Positions 44,271 to 54,836 of a stretch of DNA of 64,000 nucleotides are shown here, piece after piece. The position numbers and the translations under genes are program-made. Position 1 is the stretch's first letter, and each line of letters opens with the position of its first letter. Source of the DNA: Blastocladiella emersonii ATCC 22665 (taxonomy: Eukaryota > Fungi > Blastocladiomycota); the NCBI GenBank assembly GCA_025594325.1, contig JANHCV010000001.1, forward strand, positions 2,728,001 through 2,792,000, read 5' to 3'. The notes below the pieces were generated by a model. It was not told the DNA's origin. It made no database searches and saw only the letters and a list, made by a program, of their open reading frames with translations.

Positions 44271-45786
44271 TTATACCTTGGCGAAGAACCGCCGGTCGAG
44301 CACGGCATAGCGGAGCCAGCCGAGACAAACTGCCGCGGCGCCACAGAACGCGACCGCGTAGAGGATGACCCACGAGTAGGTCCCCGCCGGGAGCGCAGGC
44401 GCCGGGTCGGCGGACGTGATGAGCAGCGCGGCGAGTGGTGGGCCGGCGAGGTGGCCCACGGCCTCGGCGCTGTACACGGCCCCGATCGACGCAGCGAGTG
44501 CGCGGACGCCAAACAGCTGTGCTGTGACGCTCGGCATCAGCGACGCGAGGCCGCCGCAGAAAAAACCGAACGCGGCCGCGAACGCGTAGAGGAGGACCAG
44601 GCTGTCGCCGGCGGGAAGCCACAGCGCGAGACACGTTGCCGCCGCGCTGAACGTCGAGAAGAGGTAGAGATTGACATTGCCGAGCCGGTCAGCGGCGCGG
44701 CCCATGGCGATCCGGCCCGTGATGGACGCGACGTTGATGACGGTGAGCATCGAGGTACCCGTTGCGCTCGGGAGGCCTTGCTTGACGCAGTACGCGGGCA
44801 CGAAGTAGTACGGGATGAGGTAGCCAAACGGCGACAGGAACACGCCCAGCATGAGCGCGCCGGCGCCCTTGAGCTCCTTGAACGGAGTGAGGTCGAAGGC
44901 AGACGCGAGCACGTCACGGAGCGACCGTGGCGGGTGCGGCACGACTCGGACACGGAGCATCGCGGCGGCGGCCAACTGAAACGCTCCGGCAACGAAGCCC
45001 GTGATGGCGAGAGTCCAGCGCACGCCGAGTGAGCGGAGCAAGACCTCGGTCCCGTTGGCGAAGGCGAGCCCGCCAACACCGGCTCCAGCGACGGCGATCC
45101 CCGTGACAAAGGAACGGCGCTCGAGCCACCACTGCGCTATGACAGCGACGGCGGGGAAGTACGAGACGGCACAACCCACGCCAACAACGATGCCCTGGGT
45201 GAGAATCAGGTGCCACACCTCGGTTGCGAGGGCGGCCGCGATCAAGTGTCCGCCAACAAGGATCACGGTGCCGATGAGGAGCATGCGGCGGTACCCGTAC
45301 GAGTCGGCGAGGCGGCCAGCGGGGGCGCCGATGAGGTACATGACGCCGAACGATGTGCTACCGACGAGCGCGACCGCGGCTGAGGTTGCGCGGCCGTCGG
45401 CGATCTCGGTCGAGCCGGGAAGGAAACGCTGCCAGATGCCGTACGAGTACTGGATTCCTGCGGAGGGGACGTGGGCACCGAATGTTATGTTGTGCGGTAA
45501 CTGTGCAGCGCTAGGGAGCGGAACGCGCACCGAGAGTGACAAAGTTGACAAGGAAGGAGCTCACGACGACGAGGACGGCGTCGCGACCGCCGTCCGGCGG
45601 CGGGTCCGCGGCTCCGAGTGGAGCGGACTCGTCGCTCTCGAGAGACAGCTTCTTCTGCGGCTGCTCGGCCTCGTCGCCGTGCTCGGCAGCAACGAGCGGC
45701 ACGAGATGGTCGTGGCCGTTCGATGATTGTTCCAGCGGGCGCTGATGGTCATCGAGGTCGCCGGGCGCAGCATCCATTTGATTCAT
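44271..45786 (-). CDS. MFS monocarboxylate-permease-like (MCT/Mch family) transporter; intron 45458-45530
   Basis: PPDGGRDAVLVVVSSFLVNFVTLG|IQYSYG, GRLADSYGYR, LILTQGIVVGVG, QWWLERRSFVTGIAVAGAGVGG, GRIAMGRAADRLG. About 12 TM segments. Confidence 0.9.
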
Positions 45787-46189
45787 CGCAGCTAAGGAGC
45801 TAAGAGCGAGGAGAGAGAGGGCTGCCTCAACCGATGCGCAAGCTGCACCACAGCCAACAGCTGCAAAAATAAGCCTGCTGCAGCACGAGGCTGACGCGTT
45901 GCTGTCGTCTAGTCAGCGATCACGCGTCCCATCACGGACGTGACGCGCCAACTCGACACGAACGATCTGCCGTCACATCGCCCTCACGTAAGCTGAAGAG
46001 CGCTACACCTCGTGCTGGCACTAATGAACGCCAGTTGTAACTGAAGGCATACTGAGAGCAAGTACGACTGGCGGAAAACTTGTGTGACTTGCATCAAGTT
46101 GCTCGTACAGATCGGCCAAGGCCGAGGTCGCGAACCTTCCACACTCTTTCATCGTCGTCACCGCGTCTTCATGAGCCCTCGTTCAGGGC

Positions 46190-46685
46190 ATGCACGCGCC
46201 ACGCGTAGCCGACGACGAGCCGGAGAGGGCCGAGGCGAGACGCGTTGTGCACCTCTCGCACGGACTCATGCCGCAAGCAGGCGCGAATCTCGCAACGGGC
46301 AGCGACCGAGCTGGCGGCAAGCCAAGGTACGCGATCTCATAGGCGAGCGCTAAATCGACGAGCCGTCAGCCGAGCTGCACGGGGCCGATCCATGGGACGA
46401 GCGGGAGCAGGCAGTGACGAGGGAAGCGAAGATGCGTGCTCTCGAGATGAGCTGCACGGTCATTTTACTCGGTGAGCGCCGACAACGACAAAGTTAAGGC
46501 CTGGCCGGTGAGCTCTCAAGTGAAGTAGCTGATCCGTGTCCATGTCGCCACGCGAGCTTCTCGGCTCAGCGGGAGGGGCCGGGCGAGCGCGAGGACGACG
46601 GGCCGAAAGGCGAGTACACAAGGCCGATCCATGAAGTCAGAAGGAACTCGAGCATGAGCATGCAGCGACGGTAGCGAGCACGATC
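46190..46685. repeat. Diverged outer extension of the inverted repeat (pairs with about 58446-58960)
   Basis: Conserved blocks: 46367-46391 vs 58811-58835 (25/25); about 46433-46458 vs 58699-58724 (1 mismatch); about 46190-46217 vs 58932-58959 (1 mismatch). The blocks are separated by indel-rich sequence. Confidence 0.85.
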
Positions 46686-49600
46686 GTGAGTGATGCACGG
46701 CTGTGGCGGCGCCAGCGACGACGATGACGGGGAGAGGACGGGACCCGTTCAGAAAATCACGTCGGCGAAGGGCCCGAGGAACACGTTGTTCGGCGCGCGC
46801 CAAGACTCGGGGAGGGTGTGCGAGATCCGCGAGAGGGACCGACAAGGGCGGAGCGCAGGACGATGACGGAGGTGGTGCCAGCTCCATGTGTCTCCTCCGA
46901 GCAGCGGGCGCGCGAGCGAGCCCGGGCGGGTCCATGTGGGAGAGGCGGCGATCTCCAACAAACCATCGAGCGAGGCCGAACGAGGCGGGTGTGGAAAAAA
47001 AGGCGGAACGAGTGCGGAGCGGTTTGCGGCGCGCCACACGTTTTCTGGGCCGGTCGGCTCGCGGACCTCGCGGCGCGGCGCGGCGGCATGGAACACGTTG
47101 AGGCGCGCCCGTGCGGCGGCGCCATGGTTCGCTGCCGCCGCCGCCGCACTGTGGCGCAATCCTCGCCGCGTGGCGGAAAGCACGCACGCACGCACGCGAA
47201 CGAGGGAAACGTGTTTCTGAAGGGCCAAACGAGCGGGCCGCGCGCCCTCGCAGCCCCGCGTCCACGCCAGCACGCCGGCCCGCACACGGCTTCACGCCAG
47301 AGCCCTCCGGGACGGGACCGCACGCGCCGCGTGTGTGCGGCAGTGCGCATGCTATACGCCACGAGGGGAGCACGCGTGGTCCGCTCGCCCTCGAGCTCGA
47401 TCCTCCGCAGCAAAAGTATAAGTAGAGCGGCCGCCCCCCGCCCATCCCGGCTGCCGAGTCTCCTCGTCCGGATCTACCTCGCTACGCTTCACCCACTAGA
47501 GATCAGCACGGCCATCACCCACTCGCCCGCGCTCTCGCTCGCCCCCGCCCTCCCGTAAGAACCCCACCCGCATCGCGCGCATCACCAACCATGGGCGTCT
47601 ACGACGGTTTCTCCAGCTCGGAGAAGAAGAACCTCACCATCTACATTGGTGGCATCATGTTCTACAAGTTCGCGCTCGAGACGCTGACGGGCTGCATGTC
47701 CAACATCGTGCTCAACCGCTACAAGGTCGCGCCCGCCGCCACCTGGGGCGCCGTCGTGTCGGTCAACTACGCGTGCCAGTCGATTGGCTCGCTGCTCGTG
47801 TCGCCGCTCATCAAGCGCTGGCCCACTTCGCGCGTGCTCGCCACGTCCATCTTCCTGTTCGGCCTCATCGTCGCCATCATCCCGATCCTCGAGGCCGTCA
47901 ACGGCGGCGGCTCGACGGGCCTCGGCGACGAGAAGAACTACAAGAACGGCAGCTGGGACCCCTTCCTCGTCGCCATCCTGTTCCCCATTGTCGGTATCTT
48001 CCACGGCATCATCGAGCTGATCCGCCGCGTCATCCCGCGCGACATTGTCGGCTCGGACCCGTCCAAGCTCAAGCGCATGGACTCGACGGTGCACATCTTC
48101 TACGAGACGGCCGGCACGCTCGGCGCGCTGCTCTCCAAGTACTGGATCGCCTACTTCAACTACGCCTACTCGCTGGCCCTGATCCCGATCGCCTTCACGG
48201 GCGCTGCCATGATCTGGTCGCGCATCAAGGACGCGACGAGCGAGGCGTACGAGGGCCCGTCCAAGACCAAGCGCGTCTCGGGCAACATTGTCTCCGAGTT
48301 CTTCGCCATCGTCAAGGCCTTCTTCTACTCGGTCTGGGTCGGCCTCAAGCTCGTGTGCACCAACCGGTCGCTCGTGTGGCTCATCCCCGCCTACACGCTG
48401 CCCCTCGTCCTGCACCGGTACCTCGAGAACGTGCTGTTCGCGCACTACGCCAATTTCGCGCTGTCGACGGGCTCGTACCAGCAGCTCCTCGTCTCGGGCT
48501 CCAACTTTGGCGAGCTGTGCGGCGCCGCCTTTGTCCTCTTCTTCGCCGACGCCGTCAAGACGCCCATCCCGTGGCTGCGCCTCGACGCCATCATGCTGCT
48601 CGTCGTTTGGATCTTCCCGCTCGCGTCGCCGTTCGAGAACATTGAGGGCTGGGTCTGGTTCCTCGCCGCCATCATGATCCCCGTCTCCATGGGCTGGGCC
48701 GCCGGCGACGTGTCGCTCGTCGCGTACGTGCAGTCGCGCCTCGCCAAGATCGAGGACTCGGAGGCGACCGTGTCGCCGCTCGGCTCGGTCATGTCGTTCC
48801 TCTACGTGCTGTACATTGTCATCTTCGCCGTCGTCAACACGGCCATTGGCAAGGTGCAGGACTCGTTCGTCGCCGACCTGCTCAAGAAGTACGGCTCGGC
48901 CAAGAAGTTCCCCAAGCTCGCCGGCCTCAAGCCGACGCAGGACGCCATGTTCTACACGGCCGGCCTCGTCATGACGTGCTGCGGTGTCGTCGTGCTCCTC
49001 TCGACCTTCATCCCCAAGGGCTCGCTCGCCTTCAACCCCGACAACCTCGACGACGCCGAGGACGACCGTGCCCTCGCCCAGCAGCTCGAGCACGACAAGG
49101 CCTCGGAGACGGCTAAGGACCGCAAGGAGATGATCGAGGCCATGGTCGCGTAAAAGCGGCGCCCGCCTCCTCGCCTCGTTCGCTCGCTCACTTTTTCTCT
49201 CCTCCCTCGGTGTGACCCCCCCCCCTCCCTCATCCTGTCGTGCTTCGTGTGCTTGCTCGCCGCTGCGTTGGCCATCTCCTCGCTCAACGCAGCCTGCGGC
49301 GGCGGCGCGTGCGCGGCATCCACTCTCCTCTCCTCCCTGCTCAACTTTTTTGGTGTGATCGGCGGCAGTGCGCCTGGATCGCAAAGTGATATATAGACCG
49401 TTTTTGTGCTACTACTCTACACTTGTCTTCCGTGTGCTTGTGCCTCAACATCTGCTCTCGCGACGCGAGCATTGAAGTTGTTGCTCGCGAGCGCTCAGCG
49501 CGCCGCACCGCGTGTTCCGTTGAGCGAGCAAGAATATCGCCAAAGAAGCTCGGGATACGCCATGTACGATAGACGCAATGCGTGCGGTGCAAAGGGGATC

Positions 49601-50294
49601 AGCCGACAAGGGCGGTGGCGGCCACCGAGGGCGTGGGCCGCGATGCCCGCGCGGTCACGCCGACATGAGCGACGCGCGTCAAGACAGACGCGAGCGCTGA
49701 TCCCTGCAGCTCGCAGCACGTGACACGACTTAGACGTCTAAATTCACGATGCATCAGAATATTTTTTTCTGAGCATCGGATCGTCATCAGGGACCCTCAG
49801 GGACCACGTACATGCAAAAGTCTCCGAGTCGAAGTGTCGGGGTGTCGAGAAGTCGTCCGGCCGTGCAAAGTTGAAAAAAACTTTTGGTTTTGGTCGTTCG
49901 GACGATCTCGCGCCAATCCTGCACGTAAGACTTGGCTTCTTGAATCACACCATGTCGCCGATCCGGCCGAAACTTTGCGTATGAGCATCATATGTGTCTG
50001 AAGCTATTTTAGCGTCGAGAAAGTAATTTTGCAAATTTATGTGAGCCCGCTGCAGCGATGGGTCAACTTAGCTCACGTATTCGAGCGGCCATCGTGCGCG
50101 TCGGCGGCCATCACGCGCGGCCATCACGCGTGTGTTCGCTCGCTCGCGTTCTTGCTTCCCCGTTACCTTGCGCATCTCATCGCTCATGAACAGCGAGACA
50201 CTGGAAGCCGAATGATGCAGGAGAACGCTCGGCCACACCCCAAGTGTAACAACTTCACGCCCGAACGGCGCGCTCACCCGCGTGATGGATCGGC
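46686..50294 (+). repeat. Left arm of a large inverted repeat (3,609 bp)
   Basis: Reverse complement of 54837-58445. Paired coordinates sum to 105131 at both ends and at the ORF ends, so there is no net indel. Mirrored ORF translations are identical in all frames of the track, and spot checks, including a C10 homopolymer, match. Confidence 0.95.
47591..49153 (+). CDS. MFS-fold transporter, copy 1 (520 aa, intronless)
   Basis: About 12 hydrophobic segments. ELIRRVIPRDIVGSDPSKLKRMDSTVHIFYETAG resembles the DHA3-type loop motif. Strong host codon bias. Substrate unknown. Confidence 0.85.
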   Translation: MGVYDGFSSSEKKNLTIYIGGIMFYKFALETLTGCMSNIVLNRYKVAPAATWGAVVSVNYACQSIGSLLVSPLIKRWPTSRVLATSIFLFGLIVAIIPILEAVNGGGSTGLGDEKNYKNGSWDPFLVAILFPIVGIFHGIIELIRRVIPRDIVGSDPSKLKRMDSTVHIFYETAGTLGALLSKYWIAYFNYAYSLALIPIAFTGAAMIWSRIKDATSEAYEGPSKTKRVSGNIVSEFFAIVKAFFYSVWVGLKLVCTNRSLVWLIPAYTLPLVLHRYLENVLFAHYANFALSTGSYQQLLVSGSNFGELCGAAFVLFFADAVKTPIPWLRLDAIMLLVVWIFPLASPFENIEGWVWFLAAIMIPVSMGWAAGDVSLVAYVQSRLAKIEDSEATVSPLGSVMSFLYVLYIVIFAVVNTAIGKVQDSFVADLLKKYGSAKKFPKLAGLKPTQDAMFYTAGLVMTCCGVVVLLSTFIPKGSLAFNPDNLDDAEDDRALAQQLEHDKASETAKDRKEMIEAMVA

Positions 50295-50930
50295 ACGGTT
50301 GAACGCGTCGTGGGCGGCGTGTGCCGCATTCTCTCTCCTCTCGTTCCCGAACACGCTCACGCACACGCCATGAAGCGCGACCTGCGCCTCCCAAACAGTT
50401 GCTGCATTATGGCGCAACAGGTTGCACGGACTCGACCCGGAACGCGACGCGGCCCGAACGCGACGCGGCGCTTCCCTCTCTGCGGTCTCGACCGACGCCA
50501 CGCCGTCGTTGTCGGCTCCGTCGGCGCCGGCTTGGCCTCGGCCTCGGCCGTCTTCGTCGGCGCCGTGTCGGCCGTGTCCATGTCCCAACGGTGCTGCGGC
50601 ATGGAAGATGGTTTCCGGCATTGAGCATCGCATGAACGATACGCAATAATCGCCTTGCCGCACCGATCCTGCTGCGACCGTGCCCGCGCCCCTCGGTCCC
50701 GGTTTGGTTCGGTCGTGCTGCCGTTGCTGTCACTCGACCATTTCTCTCGGACGCGCTCTACGTCTGACGCGACCAGCAGCGCCGAGGCCGTCATTCCCCG
50801 CTCTTCTCTCGCGGGCAGAGGCGGTTGACGCACACCTGATCCGCCGGAGCTTGATTCGCGCCGTCTGAACCGTTCGTACTCGCGAGTCCGATCCGATCGA
50901 TCACGGCCCCAGTATGAGAGCACCCCCTCA

Positions 50931-50975
50931 CTTCACTTCACTTCACTTCACTTCACTTCACTTCACTTCACTTCA
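50931..50975. repeat. Microsatellite (CTTCA)9
   Basis: Nine perfect pentamer copies. Confidence 0.95.
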
Positions 50976-51203
50976 CGCCGCGGTCCTGCACTGCGATTGC
51001 ACGACGACAACGCCGAGCAGCGGGACTGAGACGAGAGCCGTCAGCTCCGAGATCGTCCTCGCTCAGAGCTCAGAGCTCAGAATTTGCAATCGTAGCTCAG
51101 AAAACCCTGCATCCGTATATGTACGACTCTGGCTGCATGAACAAAAACCATCCATCGGGCGGGCGTAGAGGTGGTGAAGAGCAGGCAGCACGCGCGTGTC
51201 CCG

Positions 51204-51655
51204 CTCCATTCACCCGCGCCCTGAGCCCCCAAGGGGACCGAACCAGAAGCGCGGGGGAGAAGACACGCGTCGACGGGCAGCCTCGCGTCCGTCACGATCG
51301 CACTTTCGCTCTCCATTCACCCGCGTCCCGAACCCCCATGGGGGTCTCGCCGGGAAAAACGCGGGGGAGAGGTACTCGGCGGCCTCGCACACGGCTCGGG
51401 GGGTCTCCATTCACCCGCGTCTCGAGCCCCCATGGGGGCCGAACCGAGAACGCGGGGGAGAGCCCGTTCGCGGCCTCGCTCGCTCGCGCGCGTCTTCGTC
51501 TCCGTTCACCCACGTCCCGAGCCCCCATGGGGACCGATCCGGAGACGTGGGGGAGAGTACTCGGCGGCGGCGGCGGCAGCCTCGTGTGCGCTTTCGTCCC
51601 CATATACCCGCGCCCCGAACCCCCATGGGGGTCTAGCCGGGAGCGCGGGGGAGAG
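51204..51655. repeat. Array of five ~57-63-bp imperfect palindromic (hairpin) repeats, period about 94-107 bp
   Basis: Units at about 51204-51260, 51309-51371, 51405-51462, 51500-51557 and 51597-51655. Consensus CTCC-ATTCA-CCCGCGY-CYCG-A-RCCCCC-AT-GGGG(GY)-n5-CGRG-A-RCGCGGG-GGAGAG. Confidence 0.9.
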
Positions 51656-51771
51656 TACTCGGCGGCGGTATCGTGCGGGGGGCGCCCGCCCGTCGGCTCG
51701 TGGCCGTGGCCGTGGCCGCGGTCGCGCTGCTGCTCCTGCTGCCACTCCACTTGAACTGCGACGACGTGTCG

Positions 51772-51843
51772 CCGCGTACGACTTGCGACCGCGACCCCGC
51801 GTACGACTTGCGACCGCGTAACCGCGTACGACTTGCGACCGCG
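51772..51843. repeat. 3 x 22-bp direct repeat CCGCGTACGACTTGCGACCGCG with 3-bp linkers (25-bp period)
   Basis: Exact copies at 51772, 51797 and 51822; linkers ACC and TAA. Confidence 0.9.
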
Positions 51844-51899
51844 AGCGGCTGCTGCGGCACGGCCGAGTTGAACTTGACCGTCCGTTGGTCGAGGCCGGG

Positions 51900-52530
51900 C
51901 GCCGAGCACCGTGTTCTTGAGGATCAGGATGAGGACAATCGTGACGCGGATGGCGATGCCGGTCTTGCGCGACAGCGACAGCGACAGCGACCCGTTGCAG
52001 CGGCCGATGATCGAGTTGAACGAGCGGCCACCTTGGCCTGGCCTTGCCGTCGAGCTTGATCACGGCGAGCGACATGGTCTTGGTGGCCGACTGCTTGGTG
52101 GTGGTGGTGAACGTCGCGCCGTACGGTAGTCGTTGCGCGATGACAATCTACGCCGCAGGCAGGGGATCTTGGTGGTTAGCGTGCGGAGCGAGCGCGAGCG
52201 GATCAAGAAGCGAGCTGTGACCGTACCTGGCAGCAGCGATCGATGCACCACACCACGCCACGCCACGCCACGCCACGCCAGGCCAGCGAGAACCGGGACT
52301 TGACGATCTTGGCAACGGCGGCAGCGACGCGTCGGCCGTGTGCTTGATGATCGTGACGGCCGATGAGCGACGGCCGAACGGGACAGGAGCGGGCGGAACT
52401 CGGGGGCGCGCGCTCGTCAGGCCGCGACAGCTGCAGCGGGACCTCGAGTCGCCGCCGTGCCGTGGCTGCCGATGATCTCGAGGACGGGACGAGCGCCGAG
52501 GCAGAAGGTGGTCGATCGCGTTGATGTCAT
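51900..52530 (-). pseudogene. Possible decayed spliced gene fragment
   Basis: Intron-like AG|GTACGG...GCTAAC...CGTAG at about 52148-52226. It is followed by coding-like IVIAQRLPYGATFTTTTKQSATKTMSLAVIKLDGK and, after a frame change, RKTGIAIRVTIVLILILKN. No intact ORF. Confidence 0.3.
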
Positions 52531-53442
52531 GGTGAGAAGTCGAGACCGTCCAGCCCGGGAGGTGAGGTAGTAGTGAAGTGCGAGGGAGGAGGGCGAGTGA
52601 GGATCAGTTGAGCGAGGAGCCCGAGCGCATTTATGGGCTCCGCAGGCGTGCAGCCGCCGGCACGCGCGCGAAACCAGCCACGAGCGGGGGCAGCGGCAGC
52701 GGCAGCAGCGGCGCGACACGGTGCACGGTGGCAGTCCGAGCGAGCGAATGAGCGAACAAACGAACGAGAAACTCGGCGCGAAACCGCCGAGATACTGAAC
52801 AGGCGCGATATTGTCTCGCACCACGTCGCACGCGCGCACCATCGGTCCGTCGTAGCTGACCAAGGCGGCGCGCTCGCCATCGCACCAAGACAAGGAAATC
52901 CTCGATCGGTGCCGCCCGTGCGAGACGTTGCCAAGAGCCTGTTCCGTCGGAAGCGCGGCGCGGCGCGGCGCGGAGGCCGTGCACCAGCGTAGAGGTGCGC
53001 CGCTCTAGCTCACGATGAGTCAAACTGCGTCCCACTTTGGAACCGGAACTGGAACTCGAGCGGGCACGGGGGGCACGGGGGCACGGGGGCACGGGGGGAG
53101 ACGCGACGCGCGAGACGTGGCGCGACGCGTGTCAGCCATCAGCTGACTTTCACGTGGGAGGTGCGAGACATGATCACGATCGCGCGTTTGGGACAAGTAA
53201 ATATCAACGAGACTTGCCGCACGACAACCGACACTAGGTGAAACACGTGCTGAATGAACATGAAATGAGCTCGGCCTCGCGCAGGTCAACATTCAGACGA
53301 GATGTTCAAGGTTGTACAGGCAGATTCGACGCAACACGTCGAACGTAGTGTATTATGAAATAGGGGAGGGGAACGCACACGCCGGCACATCACACGCAAT
53401 ATGAGATAGGAAAGTGAAGAAAGAGGACGAGAGGGGAAAAGC

Positions 53443-54300
53443 TTAGATGCCGCCAAAGATCTTGGTGAGGATGGCCGCAAGGCGAAGGCCGCCCTTGAGG
53501 ACCTGGGCGTTGACAATGTCCTTGTTGGCCTTGTAGTACGCGCCGTTGGTCTGGTCGCCGGCCTGGAGGCCGTCGCGGTAGACGGCCGAGCACACGAGCG
53601 CCTCGCTGTTCTTGGCCCACGACTCGGCGCACGCGGTGACCTTGGCCTCGTTGGTGGGGTCAACCGATGCGGCGCACTCGGCCATGGTGTCAGCGGGCGC
53701 CGGCTTGGTGAGGAGGGCATCGACCCACTGCTCGGCCGAGCCGCCGAAATCGTCGGACTGGACCTGGCGGATGAGCGTCGAGTCCCAGAGGCTGTGCAGG
53801 TTGACGGTCTTCTTGGCGAACTTGACCTTAATGTTGTTGGAGCCGCGCTCGTAGCCCGACGCGTGGAGCGGCTGCGCAATGTCGCCGACATAGTGCACGA
53901 GGTAGGCGAGGGCCTGACCGGCCTCCTTGCCCGACTTGTTCGCGCTGAGGATCTTGGCCGAGGCGGCGATCGCGGTGACAACGCAGCCGGTGTCCTCGCA
54001 GCTGGTCGGCAGGGCGGCGGTGCGGCCGCAGTCACCGGGGGAGTCCGGGTACTGGATGTAGTGCTGCGGTGCGGTCTTAGGGCTCTTGTGGCGGTCGGGC
54101 CACGTCGACGCGTCCTCAATGGACTTGACGTCGGGGCTCGACTTGATCAGGGCGTCGACGCCGGCCTTGGCGCGCGGCGTCAGGTTGGCGTAGGCGATCG
54201 ACGCGACGGCCTCATGGCCCTCAGAGCCCCAAGCGTTGGCCGAGTTGGCGAGCGCGAGGAGAGCGAAGACGGTGATGAGGAGAGTCGAAGGGTTGGTCAT
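53443..54300 (-). CDS. Secreted S1/P1 nuclease (single-strand-specific nuclease/3'-nucleotidase), 285 aa, intronless
   Basis: Signal peptide, then mature N-terminus WGSEGHEAVA. Zinc-ligand motifs WPD, HYI, LVHYVGDIAQPLH and NLHSLWD all present. Confidence 0.95.
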   Translation of the reverse strand: MTNPSTLLITVFALLALANSANAWGSEGHEAVASIAYANLTPRAKAGVDALIKSSPDVKSIEDASTWPDRHKSPKTAPQHYIQYPDSPGDCGRTAALPTSCEDTGCVVTAIAASAKILSANKSGKEAGQALAYLVHYVGDIAQPLHASGYERGSNNIKVKFAKKTVNLHSLWDSTLIRQVQSDDFGGSAEQWVDALLTKPAPADTMAECAASVDPTNEAKVTACAESWAKNSEALVCSAVYRDGLQAGDQTNGAYYKANKDIVNAQVLKGGLRLAAILTKIFGGI

Positions 54301-54366
54301 GGCCGACGTCTACGGAGGATCTATGGTGATGAGGGACACAGTTGAGGCGCGGGGGACTCGATCCTC

Positions 54367-54372
54367 TTTATA
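54367..54372 (-). promoter_or_regulatory. TATA-like box (TATAAA) upstream of the S1/P1 nuclease
   Basis: TATAAAG on the minus strand about 70 bp upstream of the ATG at 54300, in otherwise GC-rich DNA. Confidence 0.4.
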
Positions 54373-54836
54373 CGGGCGGGTTCAGGGCCCGCCGCCGCTG
54401 CGGCGTGTTCCCGGGTCCTCAGCTTGCTTGCTCGAACGAAGCCGCGTCGGAAAGAACCGGCTGCAGTCCGATCGAGTCCGTGTTGCTCGCGTGCAAGATT
54501 TACGTCTGAAACACGGCGTAGCGTTTGCCGAGCCGAAGGCACGGACACGCGCACGACCTGGTGCCGCAACCTCCACTTTCAACTGGTTTGCATGCGGATG
54601 TGTTTCACTTTTGCTCCGCTCGTCACGAATGTCAAGCAGTCACGCGTTTTCTCGACGCGTGCCGCCTCGCGGACGAGTCCAAGCGACACAAAGACCGAGA
54701 AGTCACCCAGACCGCGAAGCTGCATCAAACGCATCCACGGGGCGATGATTCGCTCATCGCACTGAGTTGACCACGAGGCACGAGGCACGACGCACGACGC
54801 ACGAGTCATGAGCTGCGTACGATACGTTTCCACCAC

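Noticed and set aside
49717-49722. CACGTG (Pho4-like) sites as evidence of phosphate regulation
   Set aside because: The sites lie downstream of the genes and are expected by chance at this GC content.
51204-51655. CRISPR array
   Set aside because: The repeats are long (~58 bp) and non-identical. The linkers share motifs (GCCTCG, TACTCGGCGG, CTT(T)CG), so they are diverged copies rather than acquired spacers. The context is eukaryotic and there are no cas genes.
51204-51655. HDV-like or hammerhead ribozymes
   Set aside because: The CTCTCC/GGAGAG ends resemble HDV P2, but a P1 partner fits only one or two units and the P1.1 GG is missing. There is no CUGANGA/GAAA core. A covariance-model search is still worthwhile.
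7416-54300. A window-wide nucleotide sensing/scavenging system linking the receptor-PDE with the S1/P1 nuclease
   Set aside because: The two genes are about 40 kb apart with many unrelated housekeeping genes between them. The link is thematic only.
50295-54836. Diverged inward extension of the inverted repeat
   Set aside because: Only an 11-bp match (CACGGACTCGA) and weaker patches were found, which is not distinguishable from chance by eye.
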